A stretch of 64,000 nucleotides of DNA, taken from positions 64,001-128,000 of the forward strand of contig CBFGTS010000006.1 in NCBI GenBank assembly GCA_965652295.1, written 5' to 3'. This document shows positions 44,531-53,364 of the stretch, one piece after another. Position 1 is the stretch's first letter. Each line of letters opens with the position of its first letter. The notes beneath the pieces are model-generated. The model had not been told where the DNA came from, ran no database searches, and worked only from the letters and a program-made list of their open reading frames with translations. This stretch comes from an uncultured Haloferula sp. (GTDB lineage Bacteria; Verrucomicrobiota; Verrucomicrobiia; Verrucomicrobiales; Akkermansiaceae). The position numbers and the translations under genes were made by a program.

Positions 44531-44613
44531 GTGTGCATGCGTTCCCGCCGGAGGCGAAATCCTTCGGCGGGACGCTTGCGTACGGGCGGCTGTGTCCGTA
44601 TGGACGCCGCGCC

Positions 44614-46218
44614 ATGGCTAACTTTCGCGTGCTCGTTTCAGACCCGATCTCGGAAAAAGGTGTGGAGGCTCTCGCCGCCGCCCCTGGCATCGATGTCGAC
44701 GTCAACACCGGCCTCCCTCCGGAGGAATTCCTTAAAATCATCGGCGATTACGACGCCCTGGTCGTCCGCTCCCAAACCAAGGTGACCGCCGAAGTGTTCG
44801 CCGCGGCGAAAAAGCTGAAGGCCGTCGGCCGCGCCGGCGTCGGCGTCGACAACATCGACCGTCAGGCCGCCACCGACCACGGCGTGATCGTGATGAACAC
44901 GCCCACCGGCAACACCATCTCGACCGCCGAGCACGCCTTCACCCTGATGCTTTCCTGCGCCCGCAACATCGCCCCGGCCCACGCCGGCGTGCTGGCGGGT
45001 GATTTCAAAGCCGCCCGCAAGGCCTTCCAGGGCATCGAACTCAACGGCAAGCGCCTCGCCGTCATCGGCATGGGCCGCATCGGCACCGAGTTCGCCAAGC
45101 GCGCCCAGGCCTTCAACATGGAGGTCACCGCCTTCGATCCCTTCCTCACCGAAAGCCGCGCCCGCGAACTCAAGGTCACCCTCGCCGAGTCACCCGACGC
45201 CGCCCTCACCGGTGCCGACGTCGTCACCCTCCACGTGCCGCTCACCGAGGAAACCAAGCACGTCCTCAACAAGGACCGTCTCGCCCTGATGAACCCGGGT
45301 GCCATCGTCGTGAACTGCGCCCGCGGCGGCCTCATCGATGAAGCCGCGCTGAAAGATGCCATCGACCGCGGCCACATCGCCGGCTGCGCGCTCGACGTCT
45401 TCGAGAACGAGCCGCCCGCCGCCGACCACCCCCTCTTCAGCCTCGGCAAGCACGTCGCCTTCACCCCGCACCTCGGTGCCTCGACCAATGAGGCCCAGGA
45501 AAACGTCGGCATCGAGGTCGCCATCCAGATCCGCGATTTCCTCAGCACCGGCGAGATCCGCAACGCGATCAACATGCCGTCCCTCGACGCCGCCGCGCTC
45601 AAGGAACTCGGCTCCTACCTCGACCTCGCCGGCGCCCTCGGCTCGGTCCTCGCCAAGCTCGGGCCCGAAAATCCCGACTCGCTCCGGGTTTCCTACCACG
45701 GCGAACTCGCCGGCAAGGACACCGGCCTCGTCTCCCGCACCGCCCTCTTCCGCCTGCTCGAGCGCTCGCGGCCCGACGGTGGTGTCAACCTCGTCAACGC
45801 CCCCGCCGTCGCCAAGTCGATGGGCCTCGACCTCGTCGAGTCCACCATCAACGCCCAGACCGAGTTCAACGACCTCCTCGTCGCCGAGCTCCGCAAGGGC
45901 GACGAGAAGTTCCGCGTCGCCGGCACCATCATCGGCCGCAGCCCGCGCATCGTGGAGATCGACCGCCTGTTCGTCGACGTCTCGATTTCCGGCCACCTTC
46001 TCATCGTCTGCAACGACGACCGCCCCGGCATCGTCGGTGCCGTCGGCACCGCGCTGGGAGAAGCCGGCCAGAACATCGCCAACCTCTCGCTGGCCCGCAA
46101 CAAGTCGGAGAAGAACGCCATGTCCGTCATCGAGCTCGACGCCCCCGCCGACGCCGACCTGATGGCCAAGATCCGCGCCATCCCCGGCGTCACCTGCGCC
46201 ACCGGCATCTCCCTCTGA
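44614..46218 (+). CDS. serA: D-3-phosphoglycerate dehydrogenase (with C-terminal ACT domain)
   Basis: GRAGVGVDNID, GMGRIG, NCARGG, TPHLGAST and ACT motif DRPGIVG. Confidence 0.97.
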   Translation: MANFRVLVSDPISEKGVEALAAAPGIDVDVNTGLPPEEFLKIIGDYDALVVRSQTKVTAEVFAAAKKLKAVGRAGVGVDNIDRQAATDHGVIVMNTPTGNTISTAEHAFTLMLSCARNIAPAHAGVLAGDFKAARKAFQGIELNGKRLAVIGMGRIGTEFAKRAQAFNMEVTAFDPFLTESRARELKVTLAESPDAALTGADVVTLHVPLTEETKHVLNKDRLALMNPGAIVVNCARGGLIDEAALKDAIDRGHIAGCALDVFENEPPAADHPLFSLGKHVAFTPHLGASTNEAQENVGIEVAIQIRDFLSTGEIRNAINMPSLDAAALKELGSYLDLAGALGSVLAKLGPENPDSLRVSYHGELAGKDTGLVSRTALFRLLERSRPDGGVNLVNAPAVAKSMGLDLVESTINAQTEFNDLLVAELRKGDEKFRVAGTIIGRSPRIVEIDRLFVDVSISGHLLIVCNDDRPGIVGAVGTALGEAGQNIANLSLARNKSEKNAMSVIELDAPADADLMAKIRAIPGVTCATGISL

Positions 46219-46300
46219 GCGAGCCAAAGCGGCGCGAACCTCCGGTTTGCGAGAGAAGCGCGGGCTTCCAGCCTGCGCCCCGCCACCCCGAAAGCCTTCC

Positions 46301-46334
46301 ACGCCGCCGCCCCACCCCGGGCGGCGGCGTTTTT
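46301..46334 (+). terminator. Rho-independent terminator after serA
   Basis: ACGCCGCCGCCC...GGGCGGCGGCGT followed by TTTT. Confidence 0.8.
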
Positions 46335-46653
46335 CGTCGAACGGATCGCAGGAAATAGGAGGTGGGGTGCTCCGTCCTACAGCCTTGGCAGCCCGCCACC
46401 TCCAGCAACAACTTCCGCATCGCAGCGCATCCCCTCGGTCGCCATGTCTCGCGGAGCGCTGATGACAAAATCGGCATCGCTCCACCCACCAGCAGCTCCG
46501 ATGTCCAGTCCGCGCTGACAAGAGCACAGGCAGCCCGTGCCCCGCCTCCGTGTCCTCAGTCCCTCCGTGATGAAAAGAAGCCGCAACTGACCGATGGTGC
46601 CCCACTCTTCGTTTGAAAACCTCCCGATTTCAGCTCTCATCCCTTCCTCGATC

Positions 46654-47175
46654 GTGAAAGCCCGTTCTCCATGGCATCTTGGCGCGCTCCTCATTCTCGT
46701 CCCTCTGGCCCTTGTCATCATCCTGGTGAAAACCCAGATCCTTGGCCTCTTCCACCACCCCGCCGCCTCCATGGCTCCCACCATCCCGGCAGGGAGTGAC
46801 ATCTTCGCCACCCGAACGTTCCGAGACGACTTCCAACGAGGCGATCTCGTGATCTTCCGCCCTCCCATCAATCCGGACAGCCGCTTCATCATGCGGGTTC
46901 AGGGCATCGGCGGTGACGTCATCGTGATCAAGGGCGACGAGCTGACCATCAACGGCCTGACGCCGGTTTCGCCTGCCGGCCTCCGCGCCGCTGCCCCCGG
47001 CACCCCGGAACAGTTGAACGACCGCCATCAACGGCTCGCCCCCCGCTTCCCCCTCACCGTGCCTCCGGACCACTACTTCGTCCTCGGTGACAACTTCACC
47101 AACTCTCTCGACAGCCGCTACTGGGGATGCATCTCCCGCGACGACATCACCCATATCCCTCACTTCGTCGAATAG
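46654..47175 (+). CDS. Signal peptidase I homologue (catalytic Lys position reads Met)
   Basis: Box B SMAPTI, box C RGDLVIF, box D FIMRVQGIGGD and box E GDNFTNSLDSRYWG. Confidence 0.85.
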   Translation: MKARSPWHLGALLILVPLALVIILVKTQILGLFHHPAASMAPTIPAGSDIFATRTFRDDFQRGDLVIFRPPINPDSRFIMRVQGIGGDVIVIKGDELTINGLTPVSPAGLRAAAPGTPEQLNDRHQRLAPRFPLTVPPDHYFVLGDNFTNSLDSRYWGCISRDDITHIPHFVE

Positions 47176-47222
47176 CTGCGCGCTTCCTGCCTTCCTCGTC
47201 GCTCGAATCCAGCATCAACGAC

Positions 47223-48188
47223 TCACCCCGCTTTCGGTACCCCGAACACCGAAGGCTCCCGCCGAGTAGCCCTCCTTCCTCCCGGCAGCAGGTCCTTGGA
47301 AACGGCGCGCGAGACGCCGATGAACAGCGTGGCACCGAATCCGGCGTGACCACCCCGGCGACGAAAAATCTCCCACCGTCGACGCAGCGGCTTCGGCCCG
47401 AGCGGGATCGCCTTCAGCGTGCCGCGCTCGATTTCCCGCGCCGCGACCCACGCCGGGAGGATGCCCACGCCGATGTCGAGCATCACCAGGCACTTCATCG
47501 ATTCCTCGTCGTCGAGTTCGATGAAGGGCGCGAGCGACACCCGTTCATTCAGATAATACGCTTCCAGGCACCCGTGGACCGGCGAGCCGGGCTTGGGCAG
47601 GATGAGCTTCTCGCGCTGGATGTCCTCAACCCCGATCCTTTCGAGACGCGTCCAGGCATGCAGCGGGTGCACCACGAAAACCAGCTCGTCCATGCCAAGT
47701 TCCGTGGTTTCGAGGTCGGGGTAATCGCGGCCGAGTGGCGCGATGCCGACGTCGAGCTTCCCCTGGCACACGCCCTCGACCAAGGCATCCGGTGATGCGA
47801 CCTCCACCTTGAGTGAGGTTTCCGGAAAGCTCTCGCGAAACTCCCGGATAACGGCGGGCACGAGGTAACGGCAGGCCGTATCGGTCACGCCGATCCGCAG
47901 TTGTGCCTCGCCCCAGCGGGTGCCGCCGCGGAACTCGGAAACGATTTCCTCAAGACTCAGGATGATTTCCTGCGCCTTTCCGAGCAGCGCCTGACCGGGT
48001 GGCGTCAGAATCAGGCCGGAGCGGGTCCGCTCGAACAACGAAAAGCCGAGAGCCTCTTCGAGCGAACGGAGGCCGTGACTCAACGCCGAAGGCGTGCAGT
48101 CGAGATCGGCGGCCGCCTTTCGCATACTACCGTGCCGGGCGATGAGGACGAACATCTTCAACGACCGCAACTCCAGGGGGTCGGCCAT
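47223..48188 (-). CDS. LysR family regulator divergent from the cyanate operon
   Basis: HTH GSMRKAAADLDCTPSALSHGLRSLEEALGFSLFERT and a LysR substrate domain; start ATG 48188. Confidence 0.92.
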   Translation of the reverse strand: MADPLELRSLKMFVLIARHGSMRKAAADLDCTPSALSHGLRSLEEALGFSLFERTRSGLILTPPGQALLGKAQEIILSLEEIVSEFRGGTRWGEAQLRIGVTDTACRYLVPAVIREFRESFPETSLKVEVASPDALVEGVCQGKLDVGIAPLGRDYPDLETTELGMDELVFVVHPLHAWTRLERIGVEDIQREKLILPKPGSPVHGCLEAYYLNERVSLAPFIELDDEESMKCLVMLDIGVGILPAWVAAREIERGTLKAIPLGPKPLRRRWEIFRRRGGHAGFGATLFIGVSRAVSKDLLPGGRRATRREPSVFGVPKAG

Positions 48189-48219
48189 GCGCTGGCGACA
48201 GAGCAATCGGAGTGCCACG

Positions 48220-48272
48220 GCGTTGAAAGACTTTCGCCGGTGGAAGGGCGGGCGGTGAAGAAATCTCAACGC
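48220..48272. promoter_or_regulatory. Putative LysR binding sites (two inverted T-N11-A-like boxes)
   Basis: GCGTTGAAAGACTTTCGCCG and CGGTGAAGAAATCTCAACGC are imperfect inverted copies of each other in the divergent intergenic region. Confidence 0.55.
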
Positions 48273-48407
48273 GGTGGAGAGGGTTTTTCTCCTGCGGTGG
48301 CGGCCGTGCGGTCGGGCGATGGCATCGCGGGTGCTCACCCCGCCGCGGCACATGGCGGGTCCGCCTTTCCCGATCATTCGCCCAGTTAATCCAACCGGCA
48401 GAACAAC

Positions 48408-49868
48408 ATGAAACGAATTACTTCCGATCCGTGGTCCGCGCAAAGCGATCTTGCGAAGGGGCACTTTCACGGGCCTCATCTTCCCCCGGCGAAGGACGAA
48501 GCGTCCCGCGAGTTCGTCGGCCGTCTCGATCCCGATTTCCAGAACCTGGCTGCCACCGGGCACGCCACCTGCCAGCACGGAGGCGGATGTACCTGCGGAG
48601 GCGAAGTCGTTCTGGAGTCCGAGGAGGACGCGGTCGCCCACGTGATCGAGGAGTCGGCCATCCGCGCGATCTTCCCGAACGAACTGAAGCGGCGCCAATT
48701 CATCGAGCGCGTTGGCCGGGCGGCCGCCGTTTCGCTGGTGGGAGGCATTTTCCCGCTGGGCCGGATGACCGCCTGGGCGCAGGAACCGGTCAAGGGGATC
48801 GAGAAGAAGGACCTGTCGATCGGTTTCATCCCGATCACCTGCGCCACGCCGATCATCATGGCGGAGCCGATGGGCTTTTATCAAAAGCACGGCCTCAACG
48901 CCACGGTCCGCAAGGCCTCCGGCTGGGCGATGGTCCGCGACTGGGCGATCAATGGCGACGTGGACGCCGCCCACATGCTCAGCCCGATGCCGCTCTCGAT
49001 CACGCTCGGAGCGGGCTCAAAGCAGATGAACTTTTTCATGCCCGCGGTGGAAAATATCAACGGCCAGGCGATCACCCTGGCGAACAAGCACAAGAACGTG
49101 AAGACGGCGGCCGACATGAAGGGCTTCCGCTTCTGCGTGCCGTTCGACTACTCGATGCACAACTATCTGCTACGCTACTTCCTCGCCGAAGGTGGAGTGG
49201 ACCCGGACAAGGACGTCCAGATCCGCGTGGTGCCGCCGCCGGAAATGGTCGCCAACCTCAGCGCCGGAAACGTGGACGGCTACCTCGCGCCCGACCCATT
49301 CAACCAGCGAGCGGTGTATGAGAAGGTCGGCTTCCTTTTCAAGCTGACGAAGGACATCTGGCCGGGCCACCCGTGTTGCGCGTTCGCCATCTCCGAGGAC
49401 TTCACCAAGAGCTACCCGAACAAGGCCTTGTTCAAGTCGATCGTCGATGCGACCTACTTCTCGTCCGACCCCGCCAACCGCAAGGAGATCGCCAAGGCCA
49501 TCTCGCCGGCCAACTACCTGAACCAGCCGCAGATCGTTCTCGAACAGGTGCTCACCGGGACCTACGCCGACGGGCTCGGCGGGATCCAGAAGGCACCCGA
49601 CCGGATCGACTTCGACCCGATGCCCTGGCACTCGATGGCGATGTGGATCCTCTCGCAGATGGTCCGCTGGGGCCAGGTCAAGCCGGACGTGGACTACGCC
49701 GCGGTCGCGAAGAAGGTCTATCTCGAGGCGGAGTGCGGGGACATGATCGAGGACCTCGGCCACAAGAAGAAGATGATCTCGCTCGGATCGTTCGAGATCA
49801 TGGGCAAGAAATTCGACCCGTCGGATCCCGGAGGTTACGCCAAGAGCTTCGCGATCACCCGAGTCTGA
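48408..49868 (+). CDS. CmpA/NrtA-family ABC substrate-binding protein (probable cyanate binding)
   Basis: GFIPITCATPII, AAHMLSPMP, NINGQAITL, PPPEMVANL and GHPCC; internal RRQF twin-arginine; operon with cynS. Confidence 0.9.
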   Translation: MKRITSDPWSAQSDLAKGHFHGPHLPPAKDEASREFVGRLDPDFQNLAATGHATCQHGGGCTCGGEVVLESEEDAVAHVIEESAIRAIFPNELKRRQFIERVGRAAAVSLVGGIFPLGRMTAWAQEPVKGIEKKDLSIGFIPITCATPIIMAEPMGFYQKHGLNATVRKASGWAMVRDWAINGDVDAAHMLSPMPLSITLGAGSKQMNFFMPAVENINGQAITLANKHKNVKTAADMKGFRFCVPFDYSMHNYLLRYFLAEGGVDPDKDVQIRVVPPPEMVANLSAGNVDGYLAPDPFNQRAVYEKVGFLFKLTKDIWPGHPCCAFAISEDFTKSYPNKALFKSIVDATYFSSDPANRKEIAKAISPANYLNQPQIVLEQVLTGTYADGLGGIQKAPDRIDFDPMPWHSMAMWILSQMVRWGQVKPDVDYAAVAKKVYLEAECGDMIEDLGHKKKMISLGSFEIMGKKFDPSDPGGYAKSFAITRV

Positions 49869-49874
49869 TGAACC

Positions 49875-49903
49875 GGCGCGTCGGCAGGCACCGCCGGCGC
49901 GCC
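49875..49903 (+). other. Intercistronic stem-loop after the binding-protein gene
   Basis: GGCGCGTCGGC-AGGCACC-GCCGGCGCGCC; typical position for an mRNA-stabilising hairpin. Confidence 0.5.
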
Positions 49904-49919
49904 CCTCCTTTCCGTTCCG

Positions 49920-50810
49920 ATGAACCGAAGTCTCAAGAACGCCTTCGCGCCCTATTTGCTCACGTTGCTGATCTTCGGCATACTGTTGGCATTCTGGCAC
50001 GGGGCGACGCGCCAGCCGCCGTTCGATCCCTCCGGCCACTCGGAGGAGGATCTGATGCTGATGGAATTCAACGGCGACATTCTGCGCGACGAGGCGGGAA
50101 ACTACATCGCCAATCCGGACAAGGTGTCCGGGGTTCCCGGCCCGGGTCCGGTCCTTGACAAGGCACGCGAGGAACTCGGCGAGGCCTTCGTCAAAAAGGG
50201 CACCAACGATCATGGGATCGCCTGGCTGATTCTCTACACCATCCGTCGCTTCATGATCGGCTTTCTCGCCGCATCGGTGATCGCGGTGGGATTCGGGGTC
50301 CTCATCGGCCTGTCGAAGCCGCTGCTCACGGCGCTCAATCCCTTCATCCAGACCCTCAAGCCGATCTCACCGCTGGCGTGGATGCCGCTGCTGCTCTACA
50401 CGGTGAAGGATCCTTTCTGGACCGCGATCCTGGTCGTGTTCATGGCCTCGTTATGGCCGACCATGGCCAACACCGCGCTCGGGGTCTCATCGATCAAGTC
50501 CGACTACCTGCGGGTGGCGAGCATGGTCGAGCTGGGCGTCTGGCGGAAGCTGTTCGGCGTGATCCTTCCGGGTGCCGCGCCGGCGATTTTCGCCGGGCTG
50601 AGGATCTCCTTCGGCAGCGCTTTGGTCGCGGTGGTGCCGGCCGAGATGCTGCTCGGCGAACTCGGCGTCGGTTACCTCAGCTGGATCGAGTGGAACAACC
50701 TCGACATCTCCGGAGTCATCTTCGCCATCGTCATTGTCGGCATCGTCGGCTTCACCCTCGACACTCTCTTCGCCCGTTTCGCCAACCGTTTCAACTACGC
50801 CGAATCCTGA
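49920..50810 (+). CDS. NrtB-family ABC permease
   Basis: LKPISPLAWMP, LWPTMANTALGV, IFAGLRIS and AEML. Confidence 0.92.
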   Translation: MNRSLKNAFAPYLLTLLIFGILLAFWHGATRQPPFDPSGHSEEDLMLMEFNGDILRDEAGNYIANPDKVSGVPGPGPVLDKAREELGEAFVKKGTNDHGIAWLILYTIRRFMIGFLAASVIAVGFGVLIGLSKPLLTALNPFIQTLKPISPLAWMPLLLYTVKDPFWTAILVVFMASLWPTMANTALGVSSIKSDYLRVASMVELGVWRKLFGVILPGAAPAIFAGLRISFGSALVAVVPAEMLLGELGVGYLSWIEWNNLDISGVIFAIVIVGIVGFTLDTLFARFANRFNYAES

Positions 50811-50816
50811 TCACGC

Positions 50817-51671
50817 ATGAGTTATCTCCACGTTGACCACCTGACCAAACGCTTCTCCTCGATCGAACCCGGAGCGAGACCCGGCGACACCTACACGGTG
50901 TTCTCGAAACTCAACTTCTCGATCGAAAAAGGCGAGTTCGTCTCGATGCTCGGCCACTCCGGCTGTGGAAAGAGCACCCTGCTCAACATCATGGCGGGCT
51001 TCGACTCGGCCACCGAGGGCGGCGTGATCCTCGAAGGCAGGGAGGTCACCTCCCCCGGGCTGGACCGGATGGTGGTCTTCCAGAGCTTCGCCCTGCTGCC
51101 GTGGAAGACGGCTGGCGACAACATCCGTCTCGCCGTCCGGCAAGCGAACCCGAAATGGTCGAAGCATCAGATCGAGGAAACCACCGCGAAATATCTCGAG
51201 TTGATGAACCTCACCGCCGCCGCGAACAAACGTCCGGCCCTGCTGTCAGGCGGCATGCGCCAGCGGGTCGGGCTCGCCCGCGCCTTTTCGGTGAACCCGA
51301 AGGTTCTGCTGCTCGACGAACCCTTCGCCCAGATCGACGCGCTGACCCGCGGGTCCATTCAGGATGAATTGATCCGCATGTGGACCGCCACCGGCAGCAC
51401 CGTGTTCATGGTCACCCACGATGTGGACGAGGCGATCCTGCTGTCCGACCGGATCGCGCTGATGTCGAACGGGCCCGACGCGGAGCTTGCGGAAGTCATT
51501 GAGGTGGACATCCCGCGTCCGCGGACGCGCGAGATGCTCATCGACCATCCGCGCTACCCGGAGATCCGCGCGCACATTCTGCGTTTCCTCGTGAAAGGAG
51601 CGCACGGCCGCGCCAAGCCGACGGACGAGGTCTCGACCGCCGGAACTCCCGAGGCCCGCAAGAGTGCCTGA
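50817..51671 (+). CDS. NrtC/NrtD-family ABC ATP-binding protein
   Basis: [31 protein letters not shown] and MVTHDVDEAILLSDR. Confidence 0.94.
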   Translation: MSYLHVDHLTKRFSSIEPGARPGDTYTVFSKLNFSIEKGEFVSMLGHSGCGKSTLLNIMAGFDSATEGGVILEGREVTSPGLDRMVVFQSFALLPWKTAGDNIRLAVRQANPKWSKHQIEETTAKYLELMNLTAAANKRPALLSGGMRQRVGLARAFSVNPKVLLLDEPFAQIDALTRGSIQDELIRMWTATGSTVFMVTHDVDEAILLSDRIALMSNGPDAELAEVIEVDIPRPRTREMLIDHPRYPEIRAHILRFLVKGAHGRAKPTDEVSTAGTPEARKSA

Positions 51672-52757
51672 ATGAGAGCAAACCCGCCACTCGAGGACAC
51701 CTGGCGCGCGCGCCGACGCCCGGTGGTCGAAATCGGCTATGTGCCGATGACCGACTGCGCACCGATCGTGGCCGCCGCCGAGCTGGGATTGTTCGAGCGG
51801 CACGGCATCGACGTCGTCCTACGACGTGAGCCGGGCTGGGCGACCGTGCGCGAAAAAGTCGCCCATGGGGAACTCCACGCCGCGCAGGCACCGGCCAGCA
51901 TGGTCTTCGAACTCAGTTGCGGTTGGGGAACGATCCGCTCGAGCTGTCTGACCGGATTCGTGACCGCTCACAATGGCAACGCGATCACCCTTTCCAACGA
52001 GCTGAGGGAGCTGGGCGTGAGCGATGCCGTCTCCCTCGGCGAACTCGTGAGGGAATGGAAGGGTCGTCGGAGATTCCGCTTCGCCGGCGTGCTGCGCTTT
52101 TCCTCCCAGTACTACCTGATGCGCCGCTGGCTCCAGAGCGGCGGGATCGATCCGGACGAAGATGTGGAGATGGTGATCGTGCCGCCGCCCCAAGTGCATG
52201 CCTGCCTGAAGGCGGGCCACCTCGACGGCTACTGCGTGGCCGAGCCGTGGAGTTCGATCGGGCTTCTCCAAGGTGTCGGCTGGTGTGCCACGCTGACGTC
52301 CGACTTCGATCCGATGCACGTCGAGAAAGTCTTCATGGTCCGTCAGGATTTCCATGATGGCCGCGAAGACTGCCACCTCGCGATCCTGAGCGCGTTGCGC
52401 CAGTCCGCCGAATGGTGCGATGAGTCGGGAAACCGCCGGGAGCTGGCGGAAATGCTCGCCCGACCGGAATACCTCGACCTACCCGAGGAAGCCATTGCGA
52501 CCGCGCTCGTCGGGCCTTTCGAGATGGGCTACGGGCGCAGGACCAATGCCTCGCGGGCCATCGTTTTCCACGATCAGGAGGCCAATCGTCCGACGCTGGA
52601 GAAGGCCCGCTGGGCGCTCCGCGAGATCGAACACCACGGCCTGGTGCCTCCGGCTGCGGCACGCCTGTCCGACGAGCGGATTGCCCGCCATTACCGAACC
52701 GACGTCTATGACTCGATCCCGGTGGTGGGGCCGCGCTGTCAGCCACAAAACTCGTGA
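51672..52757 (+). CDS. Cytoplasmic CmpA/NrtA-like protein (NasS / NrtC C-terminal domain-like)
   Basis: GYVPMTDCAPIV, GWATVREKV, NGNAITLS, PPPQV, GYCVAEPW and HVEKV; no signal peptide. Confidence 0.85.
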   Translation: MRANPPLEDTWRARRRPVVEIGYVPMTDCAPIVAAAELGLFERHGIDVVLRREPGWATVREKVAHGELHAAQAPASMVFELSCGWGTIRSSCLTGFVTAHNGNAITLSNELRELGVSDAVSLGELVREWKGRRRFRFAGVLRFSSQYYLMRRWLQSGGIDPDEDVEMVIVPPPQVHACLKAGHLDGYCVAEPWSSIGLLQGVGWCATLTSDFDPMHVEKVFMVRQDFHDGREDCHLAILSALRQSAEWCDESGNRRELAEMLARPEYLDLPEEAIATALVGPFEMGYGRRTNASRAIVFHDQEANRPTLEKARWALREIEHHGLVPPAAARLSDERIARHYRTDVYDSIPVVGPRCQPQNS

Positions 52758-52784
52758 GCGGATGCTTTTCAACCCCACAGACAT

Positions 52785-53231
52785 ATGATGACCAAAATCG
52801 AAATGACCGAAGCCATCCTGGCCGCCAAGTTCGCAAAAGGATGCTCCTGGGCGGAAATCGCCTCGTCCGTCGACCTCTCTGAGATCTTCGTGAGCTCGGC
52901 ATGCCTCGGCCAGAACAGCCTTACGCCCGATGAGGCCGCGAAGCTATGCGCCTTCCTCGACCTTCCCGACGAGGTGGCGGCCGTGCTCGCCCTCTGCCCT
53001 CTGAAAGGCGTCGGTGGTCCCGACCAGCAACGCGACCCACTCATCTATCGATTTTACGAGATCACCTACGTTTACGGGCCCGCGATCAAGGAGATCATCC
53101 ACGAAAAGTTCGGCGACGGGATCATGAGCGCGATCGACTTCACCCTCGAGGTGGACAAGCAGGAGGATCCGAAGGGAGACCGCGTGGTGGTCACCATGAA
53201 TGGCAAGTTCTTGCCCTACAAGAAGTGGTGA
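52785..53231 (+). CDS. cynS: Cyanate hydratase (cyanase)
   Basis: DPLIYRFYE, HEKFGDGIMSAIDF and GDRVVVTMNGKFLPY. Confidence 0.98.
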   Translation: MMTKIEMTEAILAAKFAKGCSWAEIASSVDLSEIFVSSACLGQNSLTPDEAAKLCAFLDLPDEVAAVLALCPLKGVGGPDQQRDPLIYRFYEITYVYGPAIKEIIHEKFGDGIMSAIDFTLEVDKQEDPKGDRVVVTMNGKFLPYKKW

Positions 53232-53364
53232 GTCGGGTCGCCGCCGCGGCGAGTTGATTGCCTATTCTCGAGTATTCCCTTCCTCCACCCCGGCAACCTT
53301 CCGGTTTGGCCGCATATCGGTCCGATCTGCGGCCGGGATGGATGGGGGGCAGCCCGCCAAACGA

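Noticed and set aside
47223..48974. 583-aa version of the LysR ORF, and N-terminally extended versions of mtnP, the rhomboid, VanW and YafK ORFs
   Set aside because: The extensions overlap other genes or repeats and lack motifs; downstream starts give normal family lengths.
49405..49435. Possible two-codon deletion in the binding protein (YPNKALF)
   Set aside because: The frame is intact and I cannot verify the expected residues without an alignment.
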